64,000 bases of DNA from the human T2T-CHM13v2.0 reference genome, Homo sapiens. Below the pieces are notes generated by a model. It saw nothing but the letters and a program-made list of their open reading frames with translations, made no database searches and was not told the DNA's origin. Position 1 is the first letter of the stretch, and the number at the start of each line of letters is the position of its first letter. Shown piece by piece: positions 1 through 15,039 of this stretch. The translations under genes and the position numbers were made by a program. The stretch lies in NCBI RefSeq assembly GCF_009914755.1, contig NC_060928.1; one strand, written 5' to 3'.

Positions 1-1849
1 CAATTAGCTACAAGTCTGTTTCCTTGCTATAAAAATAAATATCCTTACTTCCAAGAAGATGTGGATCTGGGAGAACAGAATGTCAGGCTGGGTTCAAACT
101 AATTTGCCCTACTTCTTTGGACCCAATGCATAATTATCTTAAGGATCAACACCCTACATTTTAAGAACTTGCCTGTCTTTGTGCTGTTTATATCTTCTGT
201 ATTCTTTCCTCTTTCATCTTCAATATTTAGTGCAGCTATTTTTATGAAACGTTAGCCTGTGGGAATTTTGAACAGATTTAGATAGTAGTTTTAAAGGATA
301 AGTGGCTCAACATTTGGGGGAAAGTTAGGGTGGCAGGAGTGGTAAATAAAGTAAGGAAAAAGCTCTTTCCTATCTTTCCCAGCAGGTTCTTCAGGTCTCA
401 GGCTAGACTTTGCCCAAATCTGGTTCAGAATCTCATGGTACCTGTGCTGACTTGCTGTGTTACCCTAACACATTGCATTGGAATTGTTATTCCTTGTTTT
501 TTTTTTTTTCTTTTTTTTTTTTTCCTGTTTGTAATGTGAACTCTTTGAGGGCAGATGACATCTCTGTTTTGGTCACCATCACATCAGCGTTTGTCACATG
601 TACATATCTGCTGAGTGAATGGACAGATAAATGAAGGCATTAAATGGTAAACTACAGGCGTCGGGGGAGAAACTGAATCATAGATGACATATGGAGATTC
701 ACTTTCTGGAGCAATGCTTTCTTAATACCTTCAATTGGGTTGATTTTCTTTTTGAAAGAGTTTATTTCTTGACACTCGGAAGGGTGTCAACTTACATATG
801 AAGTATTTCAACAGGGAAGCACACTGCATCTCCTCCTGCATTTTAAGTGTGACTTCTACTGATCAGAATCATCTCCACTGGGCAAAGAGCAGTGCATCTC
901 ACTTTATTCCAGTGCTGTATCAAACGTCCATCTGTTTGCAAGTATAGATTTAAATCTCATAAATTCTGTAATTCGGCCAGAAATTTCTGGCTGCTTCCAA
1001 ATATATACAGTCCTGGAACAAGTAATATGGCTTTCAAAGATGCTGTCTCAAGCCACATTATTCCTGAACGAATATGACTCATAAAGTATGTGTGCATTCT
1101 TGAGCATCCTGAATCCATAATGACATGAACCACAGAAATTACATCAGAAATATAATTTCCAAATTAATTCAATGAGTGTTTTCAGTGACAACAAATATGT
1201 GGAAACATCATTTGTGCCTGTCAGGGTTCTGCTAATTGTTAACAGCTTAAAAGCATTGAGCCTAAAGGCCTACTTTCCTCATCATCTCTTCGAACCCCTT
1301 CACCAATTTCAAGTCTGTTTCTCCTCCTCCATTCTAGCTTCTCCGCCAAGTACAGCAAACACAGGACGTGGGAAGTTTGGAACTTTGGGGCTAGTAACTT
1401 TAAAATAAAGACAGCAGTTCTTACTTCAATGCATTCACAACACACTCATGACACACAGCGCACTCCCCATGGATTCAGAGTCATTACCTTCTTTGCTCCC
1501 CCTCCTGTATGTCTCCCTTTTGGGCAGTATCATTCCAATCTTGACCACCTTCCCAAAAGACCCATTGTCCACTGGAATCCTAGTTCTATATTCTGGAAGA
1601 ATGCCTCCTCGGTATAACTCTGTGAATACCAGTGTCTATGGAAATAAAATCTAAAGGTTTACTAATGAGGTGCACTGGTCAGGGGACCTTTGTCCCAGAA
1701 ACCACTCCCAAGCCATCCTGCAGAAGAAAGCTTCCTTCTCAGGGGGTGCTCTTTCCATGGCTTCTGTGACCTGTGTTTTCTGGGTTTCCCTCCCTCCACT
1801 CCACCCCATCGGCTTTGTGGATTCTCTTGCTTTTCCTGAGCTGCTTAGG

Positions 1850-2480
1850 GAGATGGCCTGGGCCCTTTTCTATTCTCACTGGGACACGACTCACTAATCC
1901 ATCGTATCTATCCCTATGGATTCAGTTCCTCTTCTGTGCTCATGATCCCCAAATCTCTATTTCCTGACTAAAGCCCCCTTTATCCAGGTTCTTCCTTCAC
2001 GGCACTCTGACTGTCTCCCACGCCTCAAACTGAATTTGACTAAAAAGGAGTCAAGAATCTCTACCAGACTACCACCTCCCCCACCAAAACAAACAAACAA
2101 AAAAACAACAACAGCAAATATGCACAGCTCCCCTCTCTTCTCATTAAGAGACTCCACTCTGCAGTTGTTCACCCCCAAATCTAGGAGGCTTCTCACTCTC
2201 TCTTTTCAAAGATTCAGCCCTGTTAATTATGTTTTCTTTCCATTTCTCAAGTTTATCAATTTCTGTTCTTCCTTATACTGTCATCACACTGATTGAAGCC
2301 ACAGTGTGTCCTAGTCCCTCAGCGATATCCTTGACACAACAGTTAGTGAATCTTAAATGCAAATCTGATTGCATTGCTTTAGGCTTACAGTTCTTCATTT
2401 GCTTTCTGTTAATTTAATGTTCAAAATCTGTTTTATGGGGTATAAAGCCCTTCAAAATTAGCCCTTCATAATAATTCATA
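1850..2480 (+). mobile_element. Degenerate L2 fragment
   Basis: L2-like wording (ctcaaactgaattt, cttaaatgcaaatctgattgcattg, aaagcccttca). Boundaries approximate. Confidence 0.45.
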
Positions 2481-2514
2481 TTAACCCTTCACATAAAGAC
2501 TAGCTTTCATTTTT

Positions 2515-2790
2515 GTTTTTTATTCAACATTTACTGAATGCCGATGATGAACCCAAGTTCTGTTGTTAGGTGTTACAGGTATAGAGATGAGAAAGACAGA
2601 CAAGCTCTATTATTAATGGAGCTTATACTCAAGTTAGAAAAACATACAATAAAAGCAAACACATACATAAGATAATTTAAAAGAAGTGTTGTAAAGAAAA
2701 TTTGGGAGGGTAACGATATGAAAGACTGGGAGAAGGAGGCTATGTTAGATGGCAGTGGCCAGGGAAGACCTCCCTGTGGAAGGGATAATT
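2515..2790 (-). mobile_element. L2 3' end
   Basis: tattcaacatttactgaatgcc...tgttaggtg...atggagcttatact is typical of an antisense L2 3' terminus. Confidence 0.55.
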
Positions 2791-3559
2791 ACCACCTTAT
2801 GCCAGTTTCTTAATTGCTTATTATGTAGTAGCTATATTTCCCTTCTTTTAGTTTTTGAAACCTGAAAGCAATTGACAAGCTCCACTCTGCCTCAGCTGCT
2901 TTGTATTTACTTTTTTTTTTTTTTTTTTGCTATTACTTTGGACTGGAACCCTCCTTCTTTGGGTAACTACTGTTCATCCTGTAGGTCTCAGCTTGTAAGC
3001 TACTTCTTCAGGGAAACTATCTTCAAATGCCCAGGCCAGAATAACGCATCTCAGCATCCCACTTCCACTTTTTTCAAAGGTCACTCATTACAACAATAAT
3101 TATATTTATTTTTGTGGTAGATCCTGTAAGATGTCTGCTGGCTAGCACCACTTGAATGCCCCACCATCAGTTAATTACTCTATCCTGCAAGTTTTAAGTG
3201 CTTTCCACTTTCCAAAAACTTTGATTAGAAGGATGCAAAAATTAGTATGTCCATGAAGATTTGAAGATGAGATGTCTATCCTAATATGTTAACAAAATAT
3301 GTATTGATAGCAAATACCAAATAACTCCATTGTATCATTGATTTCGTCTCACTGTACTGACATTATCCACTTATGTATCTTCTGCTTTTAGGCTGTTACA
3401 TTCCATGAGCTAAGACAAAGGCCAGACCTTATGCATTTTTGTATCTCTAGGATGCAGCACAAGGTTCTTTATGGTAAAGGCTCTCAGTTGGGTTGACTCC
3501 TGTGTATTGACTTGTAATCACTGGCCATTTATTATTAGAGAAATAATTATATTAACTAA

Positions 3560-3770
3560 TATGCCAGGAAATGCTCTTCATACAGTAGTGTTCATATGGT
3601 AACACTTAATCCCCACAACAATAGAGGGAATCATCCTTATTTTAAAGATGAGGAAACAGTTGCAGTGAAATAACTTGCTTAAGGCCACATGGCTACCAAG
3701 TTGCAAAACTAGGATTTGAATATAACTCATATGGTTCCAGAGCTTATGAACTTAACTACTATTCTATATC
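3560..3770 (-). mobile_element. MIR SINE
   Basis: ttaatccccacaac...tattttaaagatgaggaaac...aacttgcttaaggccacatggcta...aggatttgaa, the MIR core. Confidence 0.7.
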
Positions 3771-4411
3771 ACCTAGTTATTAGGCTGCTTCCATTTAAGA
3801 TACTACTGCAAATCAACAACTGTAAACAATGTAAATTGGAATTCCTCTCTGTATCTTAAAATTCCAGGCTCTATAAATTTCATCTGATATTTAAGAGTAA
3901 TGTCAGTGCACAAAATACATACTGTAAGATCCTCCATATTTGCTAGCTTTGATCCTAAAATCTGACAGTCAACTTCCTAGTAGACAACGTATGAAAAGAA
4001 ATGGTCATTATATTTACTAGATGAAAACAAACTAGTTGCCCAGGTGAAGCAAAACTATTAAGATAAGAGAAATATTTTATCCTACAAAATACCATGTATG
4101 TCCCCCAGCAGTAGTAAATATACTAAAGTTGTTTATGAGCCAGGAGACAGGAGGCTATTGTTTACTTGCCATGTAACAATCCAGGAAGAGATCAGCTTGA
4201 TAAATGATCAATAGAGTACACAAGCTAGGTTATTGCAAGGACTAGTCTTTTTCATTCTAAAAAAAGTTTTATAATTTAGGAAAAGGAATATAAGCACCAT
4301 ATGGTCTGTAGATTTCTTACACTTTTTTCCCCAAGAAATTATGCAGTTTTTCTTTTTTGCAAAATTATCATTAGAAATAGAGAAAGCCTGCCTCTTGCAT
4401 CTCAAATAAGA

Positions 4412-4442
<31 letters not shown>

Positions 4443-4450
4443 ATATATAT
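4412..4450. repeat. (TA)n microsatellite
   Basis: Interrupted TA run seen directly. Confidence 0.9.
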
Positions 4451-4604
4451 GTATAATTGGATTTTATTGCTGTCAGTCATCTTGGTTATTAAACACAGAA
4501 TCAAGTCACTTTGGCTCTGAGAAGCAGTCATGTTCAGGGAGCTTGCCTAACCATGAGATTTCTCCGTATCTACCCCTCCAGTGACATGAGGGGTTTGTCA
4601 TAGG

Positions 4605-4960
4605 GAGGATTCAAGCTAGGATACAATGCAAGTAGCAAACAACCACAAAATTTCACTGGCTTGAAGAAACAAAGGTATATTTTGCTCTCATACTGCATGT
4701 CTACTTTGAGTCGAATGCTGACCCTGAAATGGTGTTGTCATTGCTATCCTCACTTGTAACACAGCAGCAGAGGAAAACCAAGTCGCTGGTGGTTCTCACA
4801 TTTGGTCATAAATGTTCCAGACTGGTAGTGGCACAGGTTGTTTCTGCTCAAAGTTCATTAGCCAGAACTACTCACAGTCAACCCTGATCACAAGAGCACT
4901 AGGAGATGTAATCCTACCACATGCCTAGAGGGGAAAGTGGCCTTCGTGGCACAGAGCATT
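4605..4960. mobile_element. Old MaLR LTR (MLT1J/K-like)
   Basis: gcaaacaaccacaaaatttcactggcttgaagaaacaaaggtatattt...ttcattagccagaactactcac. Boundaries approximate. Confidence 0.5.
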
Positions 4961-5555
4961 ATGATAACTCCAGAGAAAGTCAGGAGGGCGATTTCTATTT
5001 GTCCTTCTGAAACAAGAATCCTCATAAGCACAGAATTGAGGAACCTGTGGATTATGATCTGATCACTGTGATATCTTGAATAGCACATAAAGGCAGCTTT
5101 GTTAAAGAGAAAAACTCACTGCTTTATGGAAAGAAGCTGTCAATTAATTAGGGTATGACAAAGAATAAGAAATGTCCCCTGATTTTCTGCCAAAAATTTC
5201 ATAAAACGATAGTGTCAGGTCCAAATTCAGTAATATGAATTGTAAGGAGGTACAAAAAAGTAGAGTCCAGGTAGTGCTTTGAAGCACTAACTTAACCTAA
5301 GACAGATAATCAATTCTCTAGTTGCAGAGAGTAAAGACAGGCAGTCTGCAAGCCAAATTTATGTATGAGAATAAGTTTGTTTGGACTGCACAATATCTTA
5401 AAAAAGAAAAAGAATATGCTTCTAAGCACGGAATGCTCATCATCAGTTAACCATACTGCTCATCCCTCTTCCCTTCATTAATTATACCAGACCACTTTGT
5501 TCATTTATTTGTGCAACTGACCCCTGAAGTCATTTGACTTTGTGCTCTTTGATCC

Positions 5556-5953
5556 TGATATGGTTTGGATCTGTGCCCCCACCCAAAACTCCTGTTGAAT
5601 TGTAATACCTGGTGTTGGAGGTGGGGCTTGGTGGGAGGTAGTTCCATCGTGGGGTTGGTTTCTAATGGTTTGGCACCATCCCTCTAGTGCTGTCTTGTGA
5701 CAGAGTTCTCGTGAGATCTGGTTGTTTAAAAGTGTGTGGCACCTTCCCTTTCAATCTTCTTCCTCCTGCTCCAGCCATGTAAGAAGTGCTTACTTCCCCT
5801 TCACCTTCCACTATGATTGTAAGTTTCCTGAGGCCCCCCAGAAACAGAAGCCTGGATAGCCCATAGAATCATGAGCCAATTAATCCTCTTTTCTTTATAA
5901 ATTACCCAGTCTCAGGTAGTTCTTTATAGCAATGTGAAAAATGGACTAAAACA
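5556..5953. mobile_element. MST-family MaLR solo LTR (MSTA/B-like)
   Basis: Starts tgatatggtttggatctgtg, ends ttctttatagcaatgtgaaaaatggactaaaaca; TG...CA termini, ~400 bp. Confidence 0.88.
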
Positions 5954-7219
5954 AGTCCAGAGAAATAGATGGTTTGCATATATCTCAGGTAATCCTTCAT
6001 AACTACGTTTACTTTTGCACGAACTTTTGATAGGATTATTGAATAGCAGTAATTTTGGATCATATTCCTTAACAAGTACATTGAGTGAGCTGTATTATAA
6101 CTACGGCAGTATATGCTATGGTTGAGAGACCTGCCGAGATGTATGCCTTTACTTCAGTCCACATGGAGGTGGTCAAAAGGATTTTCCTGTGACCAATAAA
6201 TTCCTGTTACAGCTTATAGACAACAATATATTAATGGGCAAAGATATATTTGATGTGGCTAGCTAAATTATAACCCAGATGACCATTAATCAATGGATTC
6301 TAGAAATAGAAATTTAAATGTATTTATAAACAGCATAGTTTAAACTTAAGAAAAAGAAATTGATTAAACCAGAACCTGGAGTTTGAATCACAAAATCTCA
6401 TCTACACCTACGTGTAGGAACTCTATAAGGTAAATTTCCAGGGATCCCTTAAGAGAGATAGTTTGTCAATTCTTTTCTCAATCCAAACTTGCTTTTTATT
6501 TGAGAAAAAAGTGTAATAAAACATCACAGTGTATGCTTTTGATGAGCTAAAATAGCCCTTTGAATAGGGTAATTGGTTCTTCCTTTAATAACATTCAATC
6601 CTGGTGGATTGCCCTAGTTCCTCAGAAATGTCAAGTAAACTGTGATGAGTACTTTTGGCTGTGCGATGGGCAAGTGATTGAAGCCTACAGATAACTGCTT
6701 TTTCTCTGAGATATGCCGAAAATGTCTCTGCTTGTGTTATGCCTTGTTTTGTGAGGTTTTAATTTCAGATCTCATTGACTATTCATTTAATCATTCATTT
6801 TTAAAATACAAATTTGTAGTACCCTTAATCCTACATTTCTCCTTAGTGCAAGAACCTGTATAAGAATTTTACATTTTGTAACAGGAAAAAATAATATTAA
6901 TCTCAAAAGCATTTCAAACTTCATTAAGACCTAAAGCCAGCGAGCAAGGAATCTGGACAAAAGAAAATAATAAATAATGTTTTAAAGACAGGTGTTGAAG
7001 TGGAATGAAGCTGATACTGAAAAGGCAAAAGGAGGTAACTCAAGGACTACTTTCTCGGAGCATGAATAACTAGGCAATGAAACTTACGGCCCAGGATATT
7101 GTGAGTTTCGACATTCTGACATTTATTATCCTGGAGGGTGACTCACAACAGTCTTGCTGGTGGAATGTTCATGCTGATTATCATAGTCATAACCCTCAGT
7201 AAATGAATGATGCTTCTAA

Positions 7220-7565
<346 letters not shown>

Positions 7566-9300
7566 TAAAATACAACAGAGAATCACATAATAACAAAACT
7601 TCATTGTTTCCAAAGAGGTGAATTTAACCAATACTTTCGTCACCAGACAAGGAAAGTACAACCAAAAAGACTAAAGAATTTTGAAAAGACACAGTTATCT
7701 CTGACTCCCACTTCAGTAACTGGAGTTTTACCATCATTTTTTCTGTAGGATGTAGCTCTTTTTCTTATATTTAACACTGATATGAAATTGTCAAATCTAG
7801 ATGTCACTGAAAATGCTTCTTAGGTGCATGCCGTTAGACTTCCTGGCATTTCTTAATATATTACCTTTTTTTGATCTACTCAGGCTAAATTATAATTGTG
7901 ACCTCTCTTTTCTTCATTTTTGTAGTGAAGGTTTTGTGCTTCTATAGCATCATTTTTATTGTAATCATATAAGTTCCTATTCCCTTTTCCTCTGGAGTTC
8001 AAGAGCTTCATTTAAAACTTCAAATAGGAATCATGGAGACAGATAAAGCCTGTAAAGGTGTTTGTTTTACTCTGATTTTGGGGCAAAGTGCTTTCTTTCA
8101 CTGGCGAAGTGGTAGTTTTACATTCACTTTTATCTTTTGGGGACTCAGGGTACGATTCTAGGATATATATGAACGTGGTGGATGACATTGTTTACGTAGT
8201 CTCCAAATTGCAAACATATCTTTGTTTTTAAACTTAGTTTGATGTCAAAGCTGTGGTATCATGCCATTTTAAAACAGTTTTAAAGTTTATGATTCGGCCA
8301 TATACTTTCCCTAGTTCTATCAGATTTAAGAATTTATGTAGCAGCCCTGTCTCTATCTCAAGTACAGAGAAAATGCTTGATAATCATTAATTTTTCAGCT
8401 TGATGGAATCTAATATTTCTAGTAAAGTAGGTCCTAAGTAGGTCCTTGATGAAATCTAGTAAGTCTAGTAAAGGAGGTCCTAAGATGAAATGTAGAACTA
8501 GAGATATCCATCAATTTCTATCCTTCTTATCATAGAATCCACCCATTTTTAGGACTTTTTTATTTACAAAACAGATAATTTTTTTTATCAGTAATAAAAT
8601 TGGATGGTATTCATATACATTATATCTTGTGATAAGGGTATGAATAAATAATTATTTCATTTTCTGGGCCTTTTTTCTTTTTCCCCTTTTTTCTAAATTA
8701 ATGTATATGGAATCATATTAGCTAGTATGATCCATGAACATTTAAAAAATTTAGTTGAATATGTTGCTTATATCAAACACTGTATCATAAAGTTAAATTT
8801 ATTACACATTCTGTCACAGTAATAAACTTAAAATGAACTCACTTGGATCATGTTTGTACTGAACTTGATTGAAGTAACATTAGTTAACTACATTTTCAGT
8901 AAATATTAAAATGTTATGTTTAAATGGTTTGGACCAAAATATTACTGACAATAATAACTATTAATTGCTATATTAATAGGAAAACCTGATTACTATGTAG
9001 CTCTCCTGACCCCATTACATTATCACTAACACAATGTACTCTCCTTTAAAATTTAAGGGTTTTTTTTTAGAAGAATAAGACTGCGTATTTGCTAATTAGC
9101 TATGAACACAACAGTGAATATAAATCCTTCATTTTTCTTCCCATTTCCTATCCTTTTATTGTAATCAACCACACATAGATATCTGTGTGCCAACACAATT
9201 GTGGTGTTCAAAAAATGTATCAGTTCAATTTATATTTTCTAATAGTTATAATCATTTTTAAAATTGGTGTTATGAAGAATGAAAACTTAATATAATATAA

Positions 9301-9624
<324 letters not shown>

Positions 9625-10039
9625 GCTATCTCTGAAAATGAGGACAGTTTCACAGAGAAATTGAAAGGGAAAAAATGAGTGGAATTGAGAAAGGTAAAAG
9701 GTTCTAAGTAATCATTGACCATAAACAGTTTTTGGTGCAGAATTTGCAATCTCCACAGGCTACCAGCTTCTGAGCTTCTGTAAAATATTTTATCAAAAAG
9801 CCATATTTGAAATTTCAAGGACTCATTATTTTTTAATGTTTAGTAGCTGTTTTCAATGAGATGGCCATAGTGATGGGAGCAGAGAAGTCCACATAGAATC
9901 TCCCTAGGATACTTCCCTATTTCTTTCCTATCCCTTCCACCCCTCTTGTTTTTCTGAACATTTACTGACAAGCCAGAGCGTGGTCTAAGAAAGGAGACCG
10001 AAAACTTAAACAAATAATTTTCCCAAGATAGATAAGATT

Positions 10040-10450
10040 ATTTACAATTCCCTTTTTCTTTCTTCCTCTCCAAGTCTTCCCTGTGGGTGGAGTGCACTCT
10101 TCCACCCTATTGACTTTCGGTTTGGCCATGAGACTTGTATAATTTGTGGAATGAGAACAGAAGTGACTGTGTGCCAATTCTGAGCACAAGCCTTGCATGT
10201 TTCTGCTTGCCTTCTTGCTCTCCAGCACTCCTCCATGGAAAGACCATGTTACAGGTCCCTGCAGCCCCAGAATGAGGACACAGAGGGAGCAGATCTGAAA
10301 CCCACTCCACAGCCTAGATCCAAGCCCACTCGAACAGCCAATCTCAGGGCAAGCGCAGAAGAGATACAGGCACCTCACAGTCCTGTGAGCAAGAAGAAAT
10401 GTTGTAAACCATTGAGATTCAGAAGTTGTTATGCAGGATAATTGCGATGT
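10040..10450. mobile_element. MLT1-family MaLR LTR
   Basis: ttgactttcggtttggccatgagacttg...aaatgttgtaaaccattgagatt...ttgttatgcag, an MLT1-type terminus. Confidence 0.6.
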
Positions 10451-11439
10451 AACTGGATTATCAGCCCCAAGTGCCAAGAATCTCATAATATTAATATATT
10501 GTGTTAAGAGCTAGGGTTTGGATAAACTTGAATCTAGAGATTCCCCCACCCTGCCAAGTTTCTATCTGTGTATGTGAATGTGTGCGTTGTGTATAGTGTG
10601 TGTGCATGTGTGTGTGTGCATCTGTTTGATATGCTATGTTCAAAAGTCTCTGATATGATAATAAGTTTAAAAGACTAAAATAAGGTATGCATAGTGACAC
10701 TTGTGTACTTCTGCAGATGATATGAAACATAAAACACACAACAGACCTGGTCCTTAGCCAGTCTCTATGAAACAGGATGAAAAAAAATGATGAGGGTAGG
10801 TCTCTAATAGGAATTAATTGATTGTTGAAATCATAAAATAAAGGGTAAGGTGTATATAATATTGCTGTATATTTCAAGATTTCTCCAGAGTTCCCTAATG
10901 TGGATTCCTTCTAGTACTCAGAGTTTACAAATTAAAATTATATTTTGTCTCTTCTACTGATTTTCTCTATTCTTACCCATCCCCATACTTAATTCCTTCA
11001 GTGCCAAGGTCTTAACTGAATATTGAAATCAAATTTATACTAAAAATAATTGAATTATTATTACTATCTCCTCTTTCAACCCTGATGAAATGAATCCTCC
11101 TAAGAAGGAGGATTTTCCATATCTAAAAAAAAGATTACAGAATGCTGAGATCTCAAAGAGTTTGGGAGTAAAGTTTTGGGGTGAGTGGGTCTTGCCTTTA
11201 ACCAAACTGTCTAATATATTCTGTTTATGGGTAGGGATAGCCCCGGGAGGGGAACAGAGAGAGAAGATTTTCAGCTGGAGGAAGAGAGCCAAGCACAAAT
11301 ATATCTTCTTTCCCTGTCTTTCCAGGCTTTCTTCCACTAGAAAAATCACCTCTATTCCACTTCCCAATTCATTTGTAGTTTACACCCTAAAGTCTGAGGG
11401 CTGGATGTCTTTGGTCAGAACTTTGGAAGTTCTTAGTTT

Positions 11440-11960
11440 TTGACAATTCCATGTGATTGTCTTGTAAATGTCTCCAAGTTAACATGTTTTAGAAAAGAAC
11501 CCACAATTAACCTTTCCCCTAACCTTCCCTATTAGTAACTATCATCTCTACTTGCCTAGTTACTTACTTGAATGCTACCCTTGACTCCTGCATTTCCCTG
11601 AATTTTCCATGTTCAATTCATAAGCAAATCCTGTCTGTTTTACTTCCAAATATATTTTTTCAGAAACATTTACTTCTTTCTAAAGCCATCTGCTACTCTC
11701 TAGCTCTGTTGCTACCAATCTTGCCAGATCATCATCTGCTGTGGACTACAATAGCTTGCTTGGTAGACTCCTTGCTCCCACTCTGCCTCTTCTATCTGGT
11801 CTTCAAACAGAAGTCAGTGTAATTGCTCCCCTTATTAAAATTCATCAGTGGCCCATTGCTGCACCCAAATTAAACCCAATCATTACCAAGGCCTATGAAG
11901 TCTTCCTTGATAGGCCCCATGATCATTACCATCTTTTCTCACTCTGCCCCAAGCACATGG
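11440..11960 (+). mobile_element. L2 fragment
   Basis: cccttgactcctg...aagcaaatcctgtctgttttacttccaaat...ggactacaatagc...aaggcctatgaag. Confidence 0.6.
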
Positions 11961-14751
11961 TGTAAGAAAGTGCTCCTAAAGTTACACAACCTTGAAAATT
12001 TGCTGGGAATAGAATGCATATATCACCTTCTTATGGCCACCTGATACAGACACTGCAAAAATGTAAAAGAGTTCAAGTTTCAAGGAATCAATCACAGGAG
12101 TGTTCTTGCTTTGAGAGACTACATGCTTGAGTTATCATGACATTGTAGAGGCTGATGCAATAGAAAATATCAGAGAGGAATATCAGCTCTGTAGTTCTCT
12201 AGAAGCTGGCTAAAGTACATTCTTTGAGATTTCATTCTCTGAGTCTTACTTAAGCAATTTCTGAGCTCTTTCTTATCTTACAGGAGATGTATTGACACAG
12301 AGCCTAGACCAAACACTAGGCAAAGATCACAAAATTATGATTTATTGTTTCACTGTCCTATGTTTTATAGTCAATTTTCCTGAATGTAACTTTGTTTTCC
12401 TACTTCCTAGAAATTGTCAGTAGGTAAATTCTGGGTGTTTTAGTGGCAAGACTCTCAGACTTCTGAGGGTTCTTTTGTGAGATTGAGAACAGAAGATCTT
12501 AAGGTGCACGGTCTCACACATCTGTTTCTAAATGCAAGTTATAAAGCCCTCACCTCCTGTCTCTCTGGCCCAAAATAGTTGCAGAATCAGAATTGTACTT
12601 TTAAAGAGATTTTCTACTCTTTTGAATGGTCTCATCCAATAGATTAATTCTTTTGTTTATCCTGGGTCCTTGGGGTCTGCCCTACTAAAATTGAATGTAA
12701 GTAATTAATTATGCCAAACCTCCTATTCCTGACTTATCTTGAATTCTAAGATGATACAGTCAACTTCTTTTAAGGTATCACTTTCTCAATCAATTCCTTT
12801 TGTGGGTCAGAGTCACACCTGTCATCACATTTTTAGATGTCATTGTCTCTATGATCAGAGAGATAGACTTTGTACACATGTATGTGTATAGCTGAACTCA
12901 TGGCTGAAAATTTATTTCTTCTGTAAGTTCTTGTGGAAATTAAAGCCTTTTAAAAATGTCTCCTATTTCTTGAGAAAAAAATACAAAGCAGTCCTAGACA
13001 TTCTTCTTTTTTTTAAGTTGTGCCTCCATTCTGTGTTTTTAATTTATTGCTTGCTTTATTTCTGCATCCTCTACTCACATTTCCATGCTCCCCCAATTCT
13101 ACCTTACTCTCTGTATCTAAACGTCTTTCTGTTGTGCCTTGTAGAAGCCATAGATTCTCCTTTTTCTGACTGACAGCATACAGACAAATGAGCTTTCATT
13201 TCTGTTTAGCTCATGAAGATCAGTGAGTAAACTGACGATTTCCTTTACAAATTAACTATGAAATTTCCACTATTACCCAGAGCTCTTGCAACGTTTATCC
13301 TTACGTAAATAAGCATTGAGTATTATTAGTTTACATTTATAAACAGATTTATAATTTTCACATGAAAAATATTTTAGAAAACACTAGTTGATGCGAACAA
13401 TTTTGAAAATACAATTAATTGTTAATAAAAGTAGACATTATTAGGAAAGACAACCATTAACTTTTAGTGAGGCAGAGCATGTTAATATCATATTTTAATG
13501 ATAAAATTCCTATTTTCAATTTTTATTTATATGGGCATTTCAATCTAATAAATTGAATCATAGAATGAACTAATAGAAAGGACTAAGGGAGCCATGACAA
13601 TAGATTTATAATTTACTTGGTGTAGCAAGAAGATAGCATCAAATGCACACAAAAAAAGTTAATATGATTTTATTGCATTGAAGTACTTCATTTCAATGAA
13701 AGTAATAGTAAAGCTTCTTGGAAGCTATGCAGAATTACTTAATTTAGATGACAGAAACTTCTTCTTAGACGTCATTTTAGGGGAAGAAAATAATTTTCTA
13801 TTTCTATGCAGCTAAATAAATGAAAAGAGTTTTATTTCACTATATCTTATGCAAAGCAATATTGGGTCTTTTACAAACCTCACAGAGGGAACAATTTTAT
13901 TTTAATTCTGGCAGCTCAGCATGGATGAAAATCGTGGAATTAGATAAGGTCTCCTTCCTATTGACTTATGGTTACTTAAAAGCAAAAGGGAGAAAAAAAC
14001 ACAAAAATAATATATACCATATTGGGCTCAGGGTGCAGCACTATGGGCACTCTGATAAAATACTTGTAGTATAATTGGTATATTTCTTCTGGAAATAAAT
14101 TTGGCAATACATATCAATGCATACGGCTATCACTGCAGCAATTCTGTTTATAAGAATATATGCTAAGAACATAATACAAAATATGTGTAAAGCTATGTGT
14201 GTGTATGTGTTTGTGTCTATATATGGATATATATGTGTGTTTCCATAAAATATGTGTGTTTATAAATATAGATGATATGTGTGATATGTATAGACACAGG
14301 CACACACACATATACATATATATTCATATATATAACATTTATTATAGTATCAGTCCTAAGAGTGACTAAGTAAATTATGGCATATCCATACAATGGAGTA
14401 CTATGCCACCATTTAAAATTACCATGTAGATTCAACTTAAATGTTTAATATATTTCTAAATATTTTAAAACCTATTGATACAAATAATTCCATAGTGTAT
14501 AAGAGTATTATTGATATTTAAATAATTGGGAATAATAACACAAAATGTGAATAGCGGATATCACTGGTTTGCAGAATTTTTTTCATTTATTTCTGTTTTA
14601 CATGTTTTCTGCTTTGGTTATATATTACTTTAAAAACCAGTAATGCCATTGAAATGCCATTGAAAAATATCTGACCAAAGCTGACAATGATATCTTTGCA
14701 AGATTTATAAGTGTGTGTGCAAAGATGTGCATGCTCATTCAGTGCACTTAC

Positions 14752-14966
14752 TTTTGGCAAGGAAGCTCGTGATCCTGAACTCTGTGTAGTCATCGTTAGC
14801 ACAGTGGTTATCCCCAGAGCTACCCTGGCCGGTGCTGCATCCATGTTGATCCAGAACGAAACCCAGGATAGAATAACAATCAGGAGACTGGGAATGTACA
14901 TCTGGATCAGATAGTATCCCATTTGTCGCTCCAGATGGAATCGCACTTCTATACACGTAAACTTTC
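14752..14966 (-). CDS. GLRA3: Glycine receptor alpha-3 coding exon (215 nt, TM1-TM2 pore; probably exon 7)
   Basis: caattag|GA AAG TTT...TTG CCA AAA|gtaagt translates (G)[71 protein letters not shown]. Contains the anion-channel PAR motif; PARVALG is alpha-2/3 type. Lies within ORF 14587..14994. Confidence 0.97.
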
Positions 14967-14993
14967 CTAATTGGTGGTAAGGTAAATACAGCA

Positions 14994-15000
14994 ATTAGTA
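14994..15000 (-). promoter_or_regulatory. Candidate branch point for the TM1-TM2 exon
   Basis: Minus strand TACTAAT (yUnAy) with the branch A at 14995, 29 nt upstream of the exon start. Confidence 0.55.
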
Positions 15001-15039
15001 CAAATAGGTCTTTGTTACGGCATCAAATATCACAATTTC

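Noticed and set aside
976-991. 16-bp perfect palindrome gccagaaatttctggc
   Set aside because: About one such palindrome is expected by chance in 64 kb (64000/4^8).
9962-10486. 174-aa ORF
   Set aside because: Overlaps an MLT1-like LTR; no recognisable domain or splice support.
14587-14994. 135-aa ORF as a stand-alone gene
   Set aside because: Only 14752-14966 is GlyR sequence bounded by AG/GT; the flanks are intron read-through.
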